Source of the DNA: Felis catus
Lineage: Eukaryota
Direction of reading: 5' to 3'
DNA: 64,000 nt
Assembly: GCF_018350175.1 (NCBI RefSeq)
Contig: NC_058369.1
Span: 1,304,001-1,368,000 of the forward strand
In this document: in pieces, positions 21,201-33,200 of the stretch
Numbering within the stretch: position 1 is the stretch's first letter
Layout: the number at the start of each line of letters is the position of its first letter
Notes under the pieces: model-generated
The model's database searches: none
What the model was told of the DNA's origin: nothing
The model's input: the letters and a program-made list of their open reading frames with translations, nothing else
Program-made: the position numbers and the translations under genes

Positions 21201-24200
21201 GACCAGACACGAGGGGCCACGCGGGGTGTGAGTCCGCGTGTGTGAAAGGTCCAGAACGGGTTCATCCGGGGACAGGAAGGGGGCTCGGGGGGGCCGGGGC
21301 TGGGGAGGGGGGTGAGGGGTGACCGCGGGTGGGGATGTGGTTTCTTTTGGGGAGAGGGAATGTTCTGGAATTAGGCACTGGTGATGGTAACACAACACGG
21401 TGAACGCCCCTGAACCACAGACCGTGAAAAGGTGCGACTTCCCACAGGTGAGTTACTACTGAATAAGGCGTAAAAACGAGAAGCCGCCACCAGGACCCCC
21501 ATGACCCCCGTTCGCGGGATTCGGGAACGACCCTCTCCTGCACAGCCACGCGGCCACTCCACGAGGGCAGCTAAGGCACGCGCCCTCACCTTCTCGGGGT
21601 CCCGCTCATTGTCTCCGTCCTCGTCCTCGTCGCCTCGCTCCTCTCTCCTGGGCTCCTCGCCCCCTCCCTCAGGGGCAGCGGTGACAGTGTTCGCTCCAGG
21701 CTCTCCCTGCAGGAAGCCGGGCAACGGGGCTCGAGGGGGCAAATGGCACCCGGGACAGGGTGTCCTCTGCGCCCCCAGCCCCGCATCCCGGCCCGGCCTC
21801 CCTCAGCACACGGGGCATCCGGTCGGCACCGAAGCGCACGGCCGCCAGAGGGTAGAGGCGGCCCGGCCCGGCCGAGGGGCTGCAGGTGGGGCCGGGGGCC
21901 GTTCCTACAGCCACCGGCTGGGCCGGCCCCAACCTCGCCGGTCTGCGCGCCCACGCAACCTTGGGGCGGACAGCCCGGACGTGCACCCGTGTGTCCAGCG
22001 GAGAACCGGGTAGGGCCGGCACAGGCCACCGGGCTCTTACCGGGGCCGGGGCCGGGGCCGCGGCGGGCAGCGGGGCGGTGGACAGCCAGAAATCGAAGTC
22101 CTCGCCCTGGAACCACAGGAAGACGTGCCTTCGGTGAAGCAGCAACGCAGGCTCCGGAGGAGCACGGGCGGCGCCGCCCTGACCGGACGCGGCCGCGGCC
22201 GCTCCGGCTCCGCGGGGACCCGCGCACGGGGAGACCGGGCGGCATGTCCCGCCCTACCGGCGCCACGGCGGGCAGCCCCGGACGGCCGCCCACCGGCCCG
22301 ACCCCCGGGCCTGCCCCGCCGTGGCCACGCGGGCCGGCGCGGGGCGATGTGGCGTTCAGCGTGGGGGGCTGCGGGGTCCCCGCACCCGGCTGCCCGCGCC
22401 CACCTCCTTCTCCTCCTTCCTCTTCTCCTTCTTCTCTCGCTCTTTCTCTCTGTGCTTCTTCTCTTTCTTCCTGGGCTTTTTGATCTTCTTCTCCACGAAA
22501 GGGACGTCCTCCTTTTCGGGGGACTTGGTAGTCTCGGCGTTTCTGTGCTTCTGGACGGGCAGCCTCTCGCTGTCGGCCAGGGGCCTGGGGGCAGGCGGGT
22601 GCGTCATGGCGAGCACTTGACGGGGACTCTTGACGGGGACCCAGGAAACAGGACGGCCCGGCTCCGCCCCCGTGCTTACCTGTCCAGGTCGACGTCCAGG
22701 GCCCTGTAAGGGTCGTTGGGGTCTTTGTCGTCCTCGTCGCTGGGGAGAGCGTTCTGAGGGGAGAGAGAAAGCGCATCCAGTCCGTCCGGCCCGAGCCCCC
22801 CGGGGTCTGCGAAGCCCCCCACCCCCACGGGCACTCCGCAGGCAAGAGGTCGGGACGCCAGGGGCCCCCCGAGAACGCCAGTGACGGGAAGGCCCGCCCG
22901 AGCGTGGCCCCGGAGCGGCGCCGGTGCCCGCGGGATACCTGCCCGTGGAGGGGACCCGCTCCCCGCCCGTCGTGGCCCCGGCGGGCCGACCTCAGGCATC
23001 TCCTCGGTGACGATGTCCACCCGCTGCGCCGGGGCGATGTCCTCGTCGCTCTCTGTGTGCAGCGAGCTGTGGCGCCGCGGCTTGCCCCTCTTGTCCTTGT
23101 CCTTCTTCTTCCTCCGCCTCCTGTCCTTCTCCGGCCTCTGCCGGTGCTCCCTCTCCTCCTGCAGCTTCACGTACTGGTCCGACACGGGCATCCCTGCAGG
23201 CGTGCGCCCCACGGTGCTCAGCGCCGCCCTGGCCCCGAGAGCCACGTGCGGGAGGGCGGCCCCCGGGGGCTCAGCAGGGCGAGCGGCCCACGGCCCACCG
23301 TGGTCTGCGCTAAAAGGGGGCGAGGGAGCTCACAGGGGCTGCCACCGTGGCTGCCCGGGAGCAGGCAGAGGCTTTCCGAGTGCGGACGTGCGGGTGCGCG
23401 GCGGCGGGGGTGGGGGTGGCGGTGGGGGCGCGGCAGGGTCCGGGGAGAAACGAGGCGGCGCCAGCATGGAGAGGCTGGGGCCCTTGGCGTGCACCCCCCA
23501 CTCACCCTCCAATCTGGAACCTACTCCAGCCAAGGATGCAGGAGGGGGCGGGTCCGGGGCTGGTAAGGCTGGCCCTCGGCAGCATCTGGGACCCAGACTC
23601 GGGCCCCCACCCCCTCGCTCATGGGTTCCCAGGGCTCACGCCGCCTGTGCCCATACTTGCCTGGCACTTTCAGGGGCACCGAGAGGTCTATCTGCACCAC
23701 GGGTATATGTTCCACTCCGGGCATGTCCTGGTACCGCTGGAGAAGCAAGCAGTGAGCGTTACCGGGCCGGACGCGTGGACAGACGGAGACGCCTGAGGTG
23801 GGGCCACGGCCCAGGATGACACACGCACGCAGCCAGCGGTGTGCGGGACCCCTGCAAATGCGACGGGGCATCCTGGGGAGCACAGCCCCCTAAAGACTGG
23901 GGAACGGTCCGTCAGCACCAACAGGCACAGGGCCGAGGCACAGCTTTCTGTCTGGGTCACCTACTTCGAGTTAGAAAAGCAATGCAGCCCGAACCCCCCG
24001 CGAGCGCTAAAATCAAAGTCAGACATCACAGGCACTGGTGAGGGTGCACGCCAGGTGTGGGCCACCTCGGCCCCTCAGAAAGTTGAGCGGAGCCACGAGG
24101 TGACCCGGCAATCCCCAGAGGCGGGCAATGGAGCACCCGTATGGAGCCGCGTCTACCGGGGGGAGCCCAGCGGGGGGAGGACACGGAGGAAGGCAGCAGG

Positions 24201-27200
24201 CACCGCCTGGATTAAGATCTAGAACATTCTAGTCATGTGGAATACCCCACATCCACACCTGCTCCCAGGTCTTGGTGCTCAGACCCACCTGGCAGTTGGG
24301 CCACGTGGACCTACTGTGACAACCAAACACTGGCCTGGAGCTGGGGGCCCCTGGTGTCCTCCCGAGAGCGGATGGGGGCGCTGTGGGGCTCGGGGGGAGG
24401 GGAGTGTCTCTCAAGGACGACTTGGGGCCAGCCTCACCTTTTGGGGAGATGGGGAACTTTTGATGTAGAAAGGGTTGTTAGCCTGTTCCTGCTTCCGGGC
24501 TTCTCGACGCTGCAGGGACAGGATTCGAAGTGCAAGTCAGTGAATGCACGTGGAACAGACCCTCCCTTCCAGGTACGGACTGCGTCCATGTTCCAGGCCC
24601 CAGGCGGGCCCGGAATGCCCCAGTACTTTACTGGTGGCCCTTGACCAAGAGGGAGACCGCAGCAGGAACAAGTGGGGGGACAGCAAGACCTAGAAAAAAC
24701 CCCGGGATGTGGAGATGGCCTTCTGTTTCAAGGATGTGAGCTCAGAGAGGCTGGGTGAGCTGTCTGAGGTCGCTCAGTAACAAAGAAGAGCTGAGCTGGG
24801 GGTCAGATCACACTGCCTGAAGGCTCAGCCTGCAGATGGGCAGGAGCAGAGCAGGACAGGCCACGAGGGGACCCCTTATTTCAGGACGATAAGGCATGGT
24901 GTGGTGGGGAGCTGAGGGCATGCAGCATCTCTGGACGTTTCTGAGCTGTCTGAATGCTGCGTGTTGTCATAAAACCCTCCACCGGAGGGGCGCCTGCAGG
25001 GCTCAGTGCGTTGAGCATCTGACTTTGGCTCAGCTCACAATCTCACAATTCATGAGTTCGAGCCCCGCGTCAGGCTCTGTGCTGACAGCTCAGAGCCTGG
25101 AACCTGTTTCAGATTCTGTCTCTCTCTCGCTTTCTGCCCCTCCCCCACTCACGCTGTCCCAGTCTCTCTCTCCCAGCTGGATGATAAACATTAAGAAGAA
25201 ACATTTTTTTTTTTAACCTTTATTTATTTTTGAGACAGAGAGACAGAGCATGAATGGGGGAGGGGCAGAGAGCGAGGGAGACACAGAATCGGAAGCAGGC
25301 TCCAGGCTCTGAGCCATCAGCCCAGAGCCTGACGCGGGGCTCGAACTCACGGACAGCGAGATCGTGACCTGAGCTGAAGTCGGACGCTTAACCAACTGAG
25401 CCACCCAGACGCCCCAAGAAAAAACTTTTTAAAGTAAAATAAAATCTTCCAAGGGCGCGGCCTGGGTGGCTCAGTCGGTTAAGCGTCCAACTTTGGCTCA
25501 GCTCACGATATCACGGTCTGGGAGTTCGAGCCCTACGTTGGGCTCTGTGCTGACAGCTCAGAGCCTGGAGCTGCTTCAGCGTCTGTGCCTCCCTTTCTCT
25601 CTGCCCTCCCCCGCTCACGCACATGAGCACATGCACTCTCTCTCTCTCTACCCCCAAGATAACCATTAAAAAAAATTTTTTTAAATAAAAGACAATAAAA
25701 CCCTCCACCCGGAAGGCACGAGTGTGACCCCCTGCATGCCAAACCAGGCCCCATGACTCTCTCTGAGGAGCTCAGGCCTTAAGAGAAACCACTTCTCATC
25801 TGCACAAAACCCAACCCAGACCTCCCAGGTTGGCTCAGTGCTCCCCTGAGGGTACTGGGACAAAGCTCAGATCGGACAGGACAGGAACGTGCTCAGCCAC
25901 CTGGGGGCTCAGGGTCCAGGGTCTGCTCTGAGCGAGGCCGTCCGCCCCGGAGGCCCCAGTGGGAACAAAGCCCGGCCTCCCCGCACCCGGTGCTCACCCG
26001 GGCCAGCTCCTCCTCCTCTGCCTCCGGCTGCCGCTGCTTGGCATGGCGCTGCTCCTCGTCGTGGAAGATGGCCTTGGGCTTCTCGTCCTCAGACTCGCTG
26101 TCCGAGGGCGGCTCATTGATCCAGGCGTCCAGGTCCAGGCTGTAAGACGCAGGGAGGTCACAAGGCAGCTCCGGCCCGAGTGCCAGCCTCGCACGCTCAT
26201 GGGGCAGATGAGACAGGGACACCCCCGTCCTCTCGGAGACGAGGACGCAAAAGCTAGGCCGCCACTTGAGATCGTGGCTGCCCGGTGAGAGTCTACGGGC
26301 CCCTCGTGACCCTCCTTGTGTTCTGGGGACCCCGTGCCGGCTCATCATACCCGGTATCTGTAGGCAAGGGCTGCCCCGTCTACTTCCGGGGGCGGCAGCT
26401 GGGACAGGGACACCAGCCAAGACCCCACTGTGGTTCTTGCACTGCTCTGCCTGCCATCCTGGCCCATGTCCTCTGACAGGCCGCGCAGCTCACCCTTCAG
26501 GAACTGGAACCTTCTTCTGCGCCTTGGGAGCCACGGGGTTCAGCTCTCCAGCAAAGAGGGCACTCACTTCTTCTGCTACCGGCACGTCCTTGGCCTGAAG
26601 CTTCTGGATGTGCTTGACCAGCTGCAGGACGCAGGACGCCTGAGGAGACCACAGGGGAGTCACAGTTTGGTCACGGAGGACTGGCCCTGTAGGCCACTTG
26701 GCACCCTAATGCGTTGCCCAGCCCGGGAGAGTGGCTGCCTCTCGTCTGACCCCACTGAGAACGTCTAGGAGGCACCGAGAGCAGCACAAGAGTGGGCTCG
26801 GTTAAGTGTCCAGTTTCCGCTCGGGCCCTGGTCTCGAGGCTGGTGAGTTCAAGCCCCACGTCGGGCTATCTGCTGTCCACACAGAGCCTGCTTTGCATCC
26901 TCTGTCCCCTCTCTCTCTGCGCCCCTCTGCTGTGCACATGCGCTCTCTCAGAACAAATAAACGTTAAGAAAACATACACGTGTGTACGTATACACCAAAG
27001 GCACCGAGAGAAGCCACGGGCCACACAGAAGCACCCGGGGAGGAAGATACCAGCCCTGGCCGCCGTGTCAGTCTGCAGGAGACAAAGACTGAAGCGGGCC
27101 CCCAAACAAGACGGAGTCACAAGCAGAGACAGCGCTGTCCTCCGAGACCCAGACAACCCGAAACGGCAACTTCCAGGAGGCACCGGGTGCCGCCGTGCTG

Positions 27201-30200
27201 CCCGTCCTCTGCGGACTCCGACCTGGGACTCGGCTCGAGTGCGGCTCCCAGCCTGACGCAGGGCTCGAGGCCGGGGCACTGAACGCTTCTGTGAGGTCCG
27301 CATAACTGAGAGCCCTCCGCTGCCCCCGGGGCACCAGAAACGGCCACCCCGAGCTCCCTCCCACCCGCCTGTTGTATGCAGCACGTGCCAGACCAGTCTC
27401 CCCGCAGCAAGCAGCCCGGTCCCCGGCCACCCGCCACCCCACCCAGGAACCTGCTGCCAACCGGCTTGATTCCGATACTTCCCTTGCAGGCCGGCACCCC
27501 CCACTCGTTCTTTCTCTCACGACCTGCCCCCTTCTCGCTGCAGTCCACCCGCGGAGGACCCACCGGGGCCTCCCCCGCCGCGGGGGCCCAGAACCCGCCC
27601 ACATCCCCGGGGCCGGGAGGGAGCCCCGCAAAGCAGATTTCTCCAAGATGCCCTCTGGGAAAGGCCAAGCCGGCCACAAACGAGAGACACGGGCCCTTCC
27701 GGAGGCAGACCCCCGAGAAACGCTCACCCGCTCCTGGACCTCCAGGTCCGCGCTCTGCACAAACTGGGGCAGCCGCTCCACCATGAGCTGGGTGACGTCC
27801 TGGGCCGCCTCCGGCTCCGCCGCCTGCTCCTTCTGCTGCAGGATGGACGCGTAGAGCTTGACCACGTTCTGCACGTACACGGCCTGGATGTGGCCGGGTA
27901 GGGTAGTGACTTTAGGCCGCAGCATGGCCTCAAGGGTCTGCTGGGGCTCCTGCAGGTGCCTGCGGACAAGAAGGGCCTGATGAGCGGGCCGCCCCGCCAC
28001 AGGGGTCACGTGGGCGCTCCCCCATCCCCAGGCACCAGGGCAGATGGACAGGACTCTAGGGAAGAAGCCACAGCGACGACGGGACGACGACGGAGTAGCA
28101 GCACAAAAAAAAAAAAAAAAAAAAAAAAAAAAACGAAAAGAAAACAAAACCAGCTCGACAGCATCGTTGTAGCGACAGAACATCCGCGGCTGCGACGGGG
28201 AGGGAGGAGAGGACACTGGAGAGAAACCCCGTCACCCCGGGCCACGCCGTGACCGGCTCCTCGCTGGGGCTCGTGGTCGGAAATGTGCACTTAAAGCCGC
28301 GCCGTCCCCAGAGACAGCGGCCCAGGAAGGGGGCCCTGGGGCAGCCGCCAGGGAACCGGGGACGCGGGTCGACCGGCACGCCTCTCCCTGGGAAGCGCAC
28401 TCACTCGGAGAACTCCCCGCAGATCCAGGCGGCCGCGTAGAGCACCTCGCAGATGCCGTTGCGCTGGGTGCTGCTGGCCACCAGGTGGGCGCTGTCGAGC
28501 AGCGCGGACATCTGCGACACGGCGAACTTGCGGATGGCCTTCACGCGGATGGCCACATCCAGCATCTGCGCGGCGATGAGGTGGCCGTGGCGGGTGCCTT
28601 CCAGCCGGGTCAGCTCCACCAGGACGCTGATGTACCTGCAGGAGGGAGCCCTTGAGGAGCGCGCCCCGCGCCGGCGCCCGCCCCCCGGGGCTGTGGGGCA
28701 CGGACCACTGGAAGTTGGTGATGTGCTGATAGTTGCACTGGCTGCAGATGTCGATGATCTTGGTGAGCAGCTCGTCGCGGTAGGTCGTGCCCTCGGCCTT
28801 GTCCACGTGGCTCATCAGCTTTTTGACGATCTCCACCAGGTTCTTCTTGGACACCTGGGGGGAGGGGAGGAGCCGGTGAGGGCGGAGCCCGGGGACGGGT
28901 GTGGGGAGCGGGGAGCACAGACCGGGGCGGGGCACACACCATTCCGTACAGGAGGTCGAGGGCCCGCAGGCGGATGGACTCGTCCTTGTCGTCCAGACAC
29001 TGCAGGACGAGGTCCTTGTGGGCCTGCACGGACTTGGGGTGCGTCCTGAGGATCTTGGACATGGCCAGCAGGCCCAGGTATTTCACTGTGGAGACGGCGA
29101 GACACCGTTAGCACGGACGCGCCTTCACAACCCTCGGGGCCTGTGCGGAGACAGCGACGACGTGGACGCCGCCAGGACGGGCCGCACGCTGGCCCCCGGG
29201 TGTCCTCAACAGTGGGCGCCGCAGGCCAGGTGACCTCCCGCATGCCGGGCGCCACCGTCTCCCCCTGAGCAACCCACACACGGGGTCGCCGAAGCAGGGC
29301 GGTGAAGCGCGGGCCTCCACGGGCCAGGTCCCAACAGAGCCTGTTTCTGTAAAAGCCTCGCGTGAGCACGTGGCCCGTGGTCACGACGGTGGGGGCGACG
29401 GGGCCGTCTGGCCCTTCGCGGGACAGGTCCGGCAGCCCCTGCTGCCAACAGATCTGGACTGAAAACGTGGAGCCACTGCTCCCGGGCCCTCAGGAGCCCC
29501 TGACGCTCCGGTCCGGGCTCCGGGGCGCGTGACAGGCCAGAAGCCCTGATGGAGCATGTCTACAGAACACGCAGGCGCACGAGCAAGGCCAACGGGGGAG
29601 CTAGCCCCCCTGGACGGTCCCGGGGAGGCCTCAGGCAGGAGACATCAGTGCGGCTCCGGGCCTCATCCTGCAGCTCTCCTCTGACCCCCCCCACCCCGAA
29701 TGCGTCTCCCCAACAGCCCACTCAGCTCCACGCTGGAACTGGGGCTCGGGGACCTCGTCCGGGTCGCACCCCCCCAGGGGCGTGGGCACACGACCCACAG
29801 TCTCAAACTCCGCCGGCTGAACGCGAGAGGGGCCGTCACCACTGAGCCACACACTGAGACGGCGGCGCACGAGGGCAGCGGGCAGGGGCCACGGCCAAGC
29901 GGAGAAAGACTGGCTTCTTTAAAACGCTGCCGAAGCCCGCAGCACCCTGCGCACGCTGGGGGGCACAGCGGAAGACTCCCAGCGCCTGTGCTCGTGTGGG
30001 ATCGAGAGCCCCAGCGCCACACAGGCTCCGGGTGCAGGTACAGAGAGGAACTCACAGTTCTGGTCGGAGTCTTCTATCAGTATCCTCAACTTCTGGACAC
30101 AGAGCTGCAGAGGGGAAGGTGACCGTGGTCACGCCTCTGAGACAACAGGGAATCCCATGACCCCAGGCCTGCCTCGCGCCCTGGTCCCGCTCACAGGTCC

Positions 30201-33200
30201 TGGGACCAGGAGGGGCAGGGGGACACCCGGCTCCACTCCACGTGGCAGGAGGGCGGCCTGTGGGCTCCAACAGGGACACAGTTTGGGGACCGCCCACGTA
30301 CACACTCCAGGGGCACGAACGTGTGTTCCCCTTGCTCCCTTGTCAACTCCATAGACGCGCGTCGCACAGGGCCTGGCGCAGGGCACGACGCGTCGGGATA
30401 GTCAGGGGGGTGGGGGGGCGTACCTGGATGCTGGCGCTGTGGTTCGGCATGCCGGAGGACAGGGAGATGAGCACTGAAACAGAAAACCTCGTCTCAGGGA
30501 CTCGCCGGTCCTCGCCCCACGTCCTCTGGGGGCGTCGGTCGGGGCGCCACATAGCACGGGCACGCCTGGCACTCTCCCAGGACAGGCCGGCTTATGAGAC
30601 CGCGTTTGGAACCTGACTCCGGGGCTCCTGCCGCCCTTGCCGGCAGGAGGCTCGTGTCCCGGAGCTGTCTGTGCAGACACGAGTTTTGGGCCGAGGACCT
30701 GCTCCCCTCCTGGGGTCTGGGGTCTCCGCCCGAGCCCGGCAGAGGCGCCTGCTGACCGACCCCCGGTGAGAACCTGGGCGCTGGGTCTCTGTGGCCAAGA
30801 ACACAGAGAGCCCCGAGGCAGGCACCCCCGTCCAGGGCAATTTCCAGAGCCTGCTCCACCCCTACCTGAGACCCACGACCCTGCAACGTGCCAGGCCCGC
30901 CCTGGCCTACTCCTCCCAGATCTCCTGCCCATCACCAAGGGTAGCTCTGATCCTGCCACACCTCGGTTTCCCCCATCGACCCCTCCAGACACAGAGAAAC
31001 CTCTCCACGTTCTGCGTTGGCTGCCTCTGGGTGCCAGCCTGCCCCAATGCCCACCCGCCCGCCCTCCCTTTCTACTAGTGTCACTGAGCCTCTGAACACC
31101 CATGGCCCACGCAGTTCCAATCACAAAGTGTGGACCCTGGGCCAGCCTCCTGCGAATGAATTTCAGACTATCCCCGGGACTGTGAGGAGGGCCCAGAAGG
31201 CTGCCTTCCCAAAAGCTTTGGCCAGATAATCAGGCAGAGAGCAGGTGAACCCATGGGCCACTATATCCAGGAACAAGTGACCCAGACGGCAAACTAGGAC
31301 ACGGCCAGCCGGCCTGGGGGCGACTCTGGCTCCGCCAAACACAGCAGGTGGAGGGGCAGACGCACCCCCCAGCGCTCTGCGTGGCCCGCAGCCGGACTCA
31401 AGCCAGGGAAGCGCCTTCTTATCCTGCCCTGTGAAACCTTCCCGTGGTAGGTTCTGTGCTCGAGAGTTCACGGGGGACGGCACGGGGCCGGAGCTTCGCT
31501 CTAGAATACTCAGGAAGGAGGGTCTTGCTGGCAGGGGAGGTGCATGGCCGAGGGCGGCAGGACGCGGCACTGGAGGCCAGAGGCGGGCAGGGGCCCTGGG
31601 TGCATGTGTCCCACGGCCGGTTGTGGCCCCGGGGGTCCCGATGGGGGAGGGCGGGTCCCTCACCTGCGATGACGGTGTTCACGCACTCGTACAGAAGGGA
31701 CATGGCGGATGTGCTGGCGGAGGAAGAGCAGAGGGTGAGGACTGGGAGGCCGAGGCGGAGGCAGGCCTGGTGGCCCCGCACGCTCCTGTCACCTGGGTCC
31801 GTGGCAGTCCCCGGGGGACACTAGCCTCCCTTTCTAACCGCCGGCGGTGACCTCTGATGTCCCCAGAGCCTGTTTTGGGATGTCCGTGAGGGAATGCCAC
31901 CTGCCCTAAATGTCTCTCCGGACCTGGGACGGCCCCCTGCCCCGCCTCAGGGGCCCACACACAGGTGGGCACAGCACAGACGTCCATGGCCCCAGTGCTT
32001 CCCCTGGGGGCGTCCAGTACGGCCCAGGGTGACACCCAAGGGCAGGCACTAGGTGCATCTACTCCACTCTGACATCCTCCGAGGTGACGCTCTTGATCCC
32101 GAGTCACCTAAACCTGACAGCGTGGCTGCCACCTGTCCCAGACAACAGGGGCCATCAGCCCGTCCACACCATCGTCACGAGACTCATGGCTTCCCGTTAA
32201 TCCCCTCTGAAGACCACAGAGCCGCACCACATGCAAAGATGCCTGTTGTTTAAAACCGAAGATGCTCTGACCCCAAGGCCTCACCCAGGGCACGTGGCGC
32301 TAGGTCTGACGGGGCCACGAAACCCCCGTTCCTCCCGCCACCCATCCTCCCAGGTCCCCTGGAGAGCAGATCTCTGGTGCCATCTGCCACTCAGCGTCCG
32401 TGATTCAAGTGCAGGCACCCCGAGTGGAGTGGGAGCTCTTGCAACATTCCGGAACTGGCCAGAGACCCAGCCAGACGACCAGGGCCTACTGGTGAGCTAG
32501 GGGTCTTCCCTCCTTTTGTTTTCACTGGTGCTGTTTCCAAAACGGACTCACAGCCCCCAGTGTCCCGGGGGGGCCGGCACGAGCCTCGGTGGCACAGCTC
32601 ACGGTCCGGAGCCAAGTCCCATGGCGTGTGTTTGCTTCTTGCCACCAAGACTCTCCCCGGGTCCCCCGAGGGCCCAGAGGGGGCACGGGGCTGCGTGCGG
32701 CAGACGAGGTCACGTGGGGGTCGAGGGCTCACCTGTGGATCAGGTTGGTGAGAGGCTCGATCAGCTTCTTGCCCAACCTTGGCTCCAAGGGGGTCAGAGC
32801 ACCAAACTAGGGACGACAGAAGCCGGGGGGTCACTCGTGGCAGGAACAGAACCGTGCGGACTCCGACCCGCGCCCACACGCCCAGGGGACTCCTAGGACA
32901 GGCCGGGGCCGTTTTGTGTGGCGAGAAAGGGAAGTTCAGGAGGGATACTTGCCAGTTTGATAATCTTGATGAGGACCCAGTTGTTGGTTGAGGAGGTCAT
33001 CAGCTTGAAGAACAGGGGGGCAAGGGAAAGGTAGTTTTTGGGGTTACGCCTGGCCAGTTCACAGATGACGTTGACTGCGGCCGACTGGACCCCTGTGAAA
33101 TAAGGGGTGTCCCATCAGCAAGGAAGTCCCTCTGCAGCAGTTAAGAGTCTCAACAACACGGGGAGGTGCAGCCTTCTCGAGGGGGGGCGTCCTCCTCAGG

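Noticed and set aside
21586..23819. Long ORFs of 419 aa (-) and 312 aa (+)
   Set aside because: Off-frame or antisense read-through of AP3D1 exons 19-24 and very GC-rich introns.
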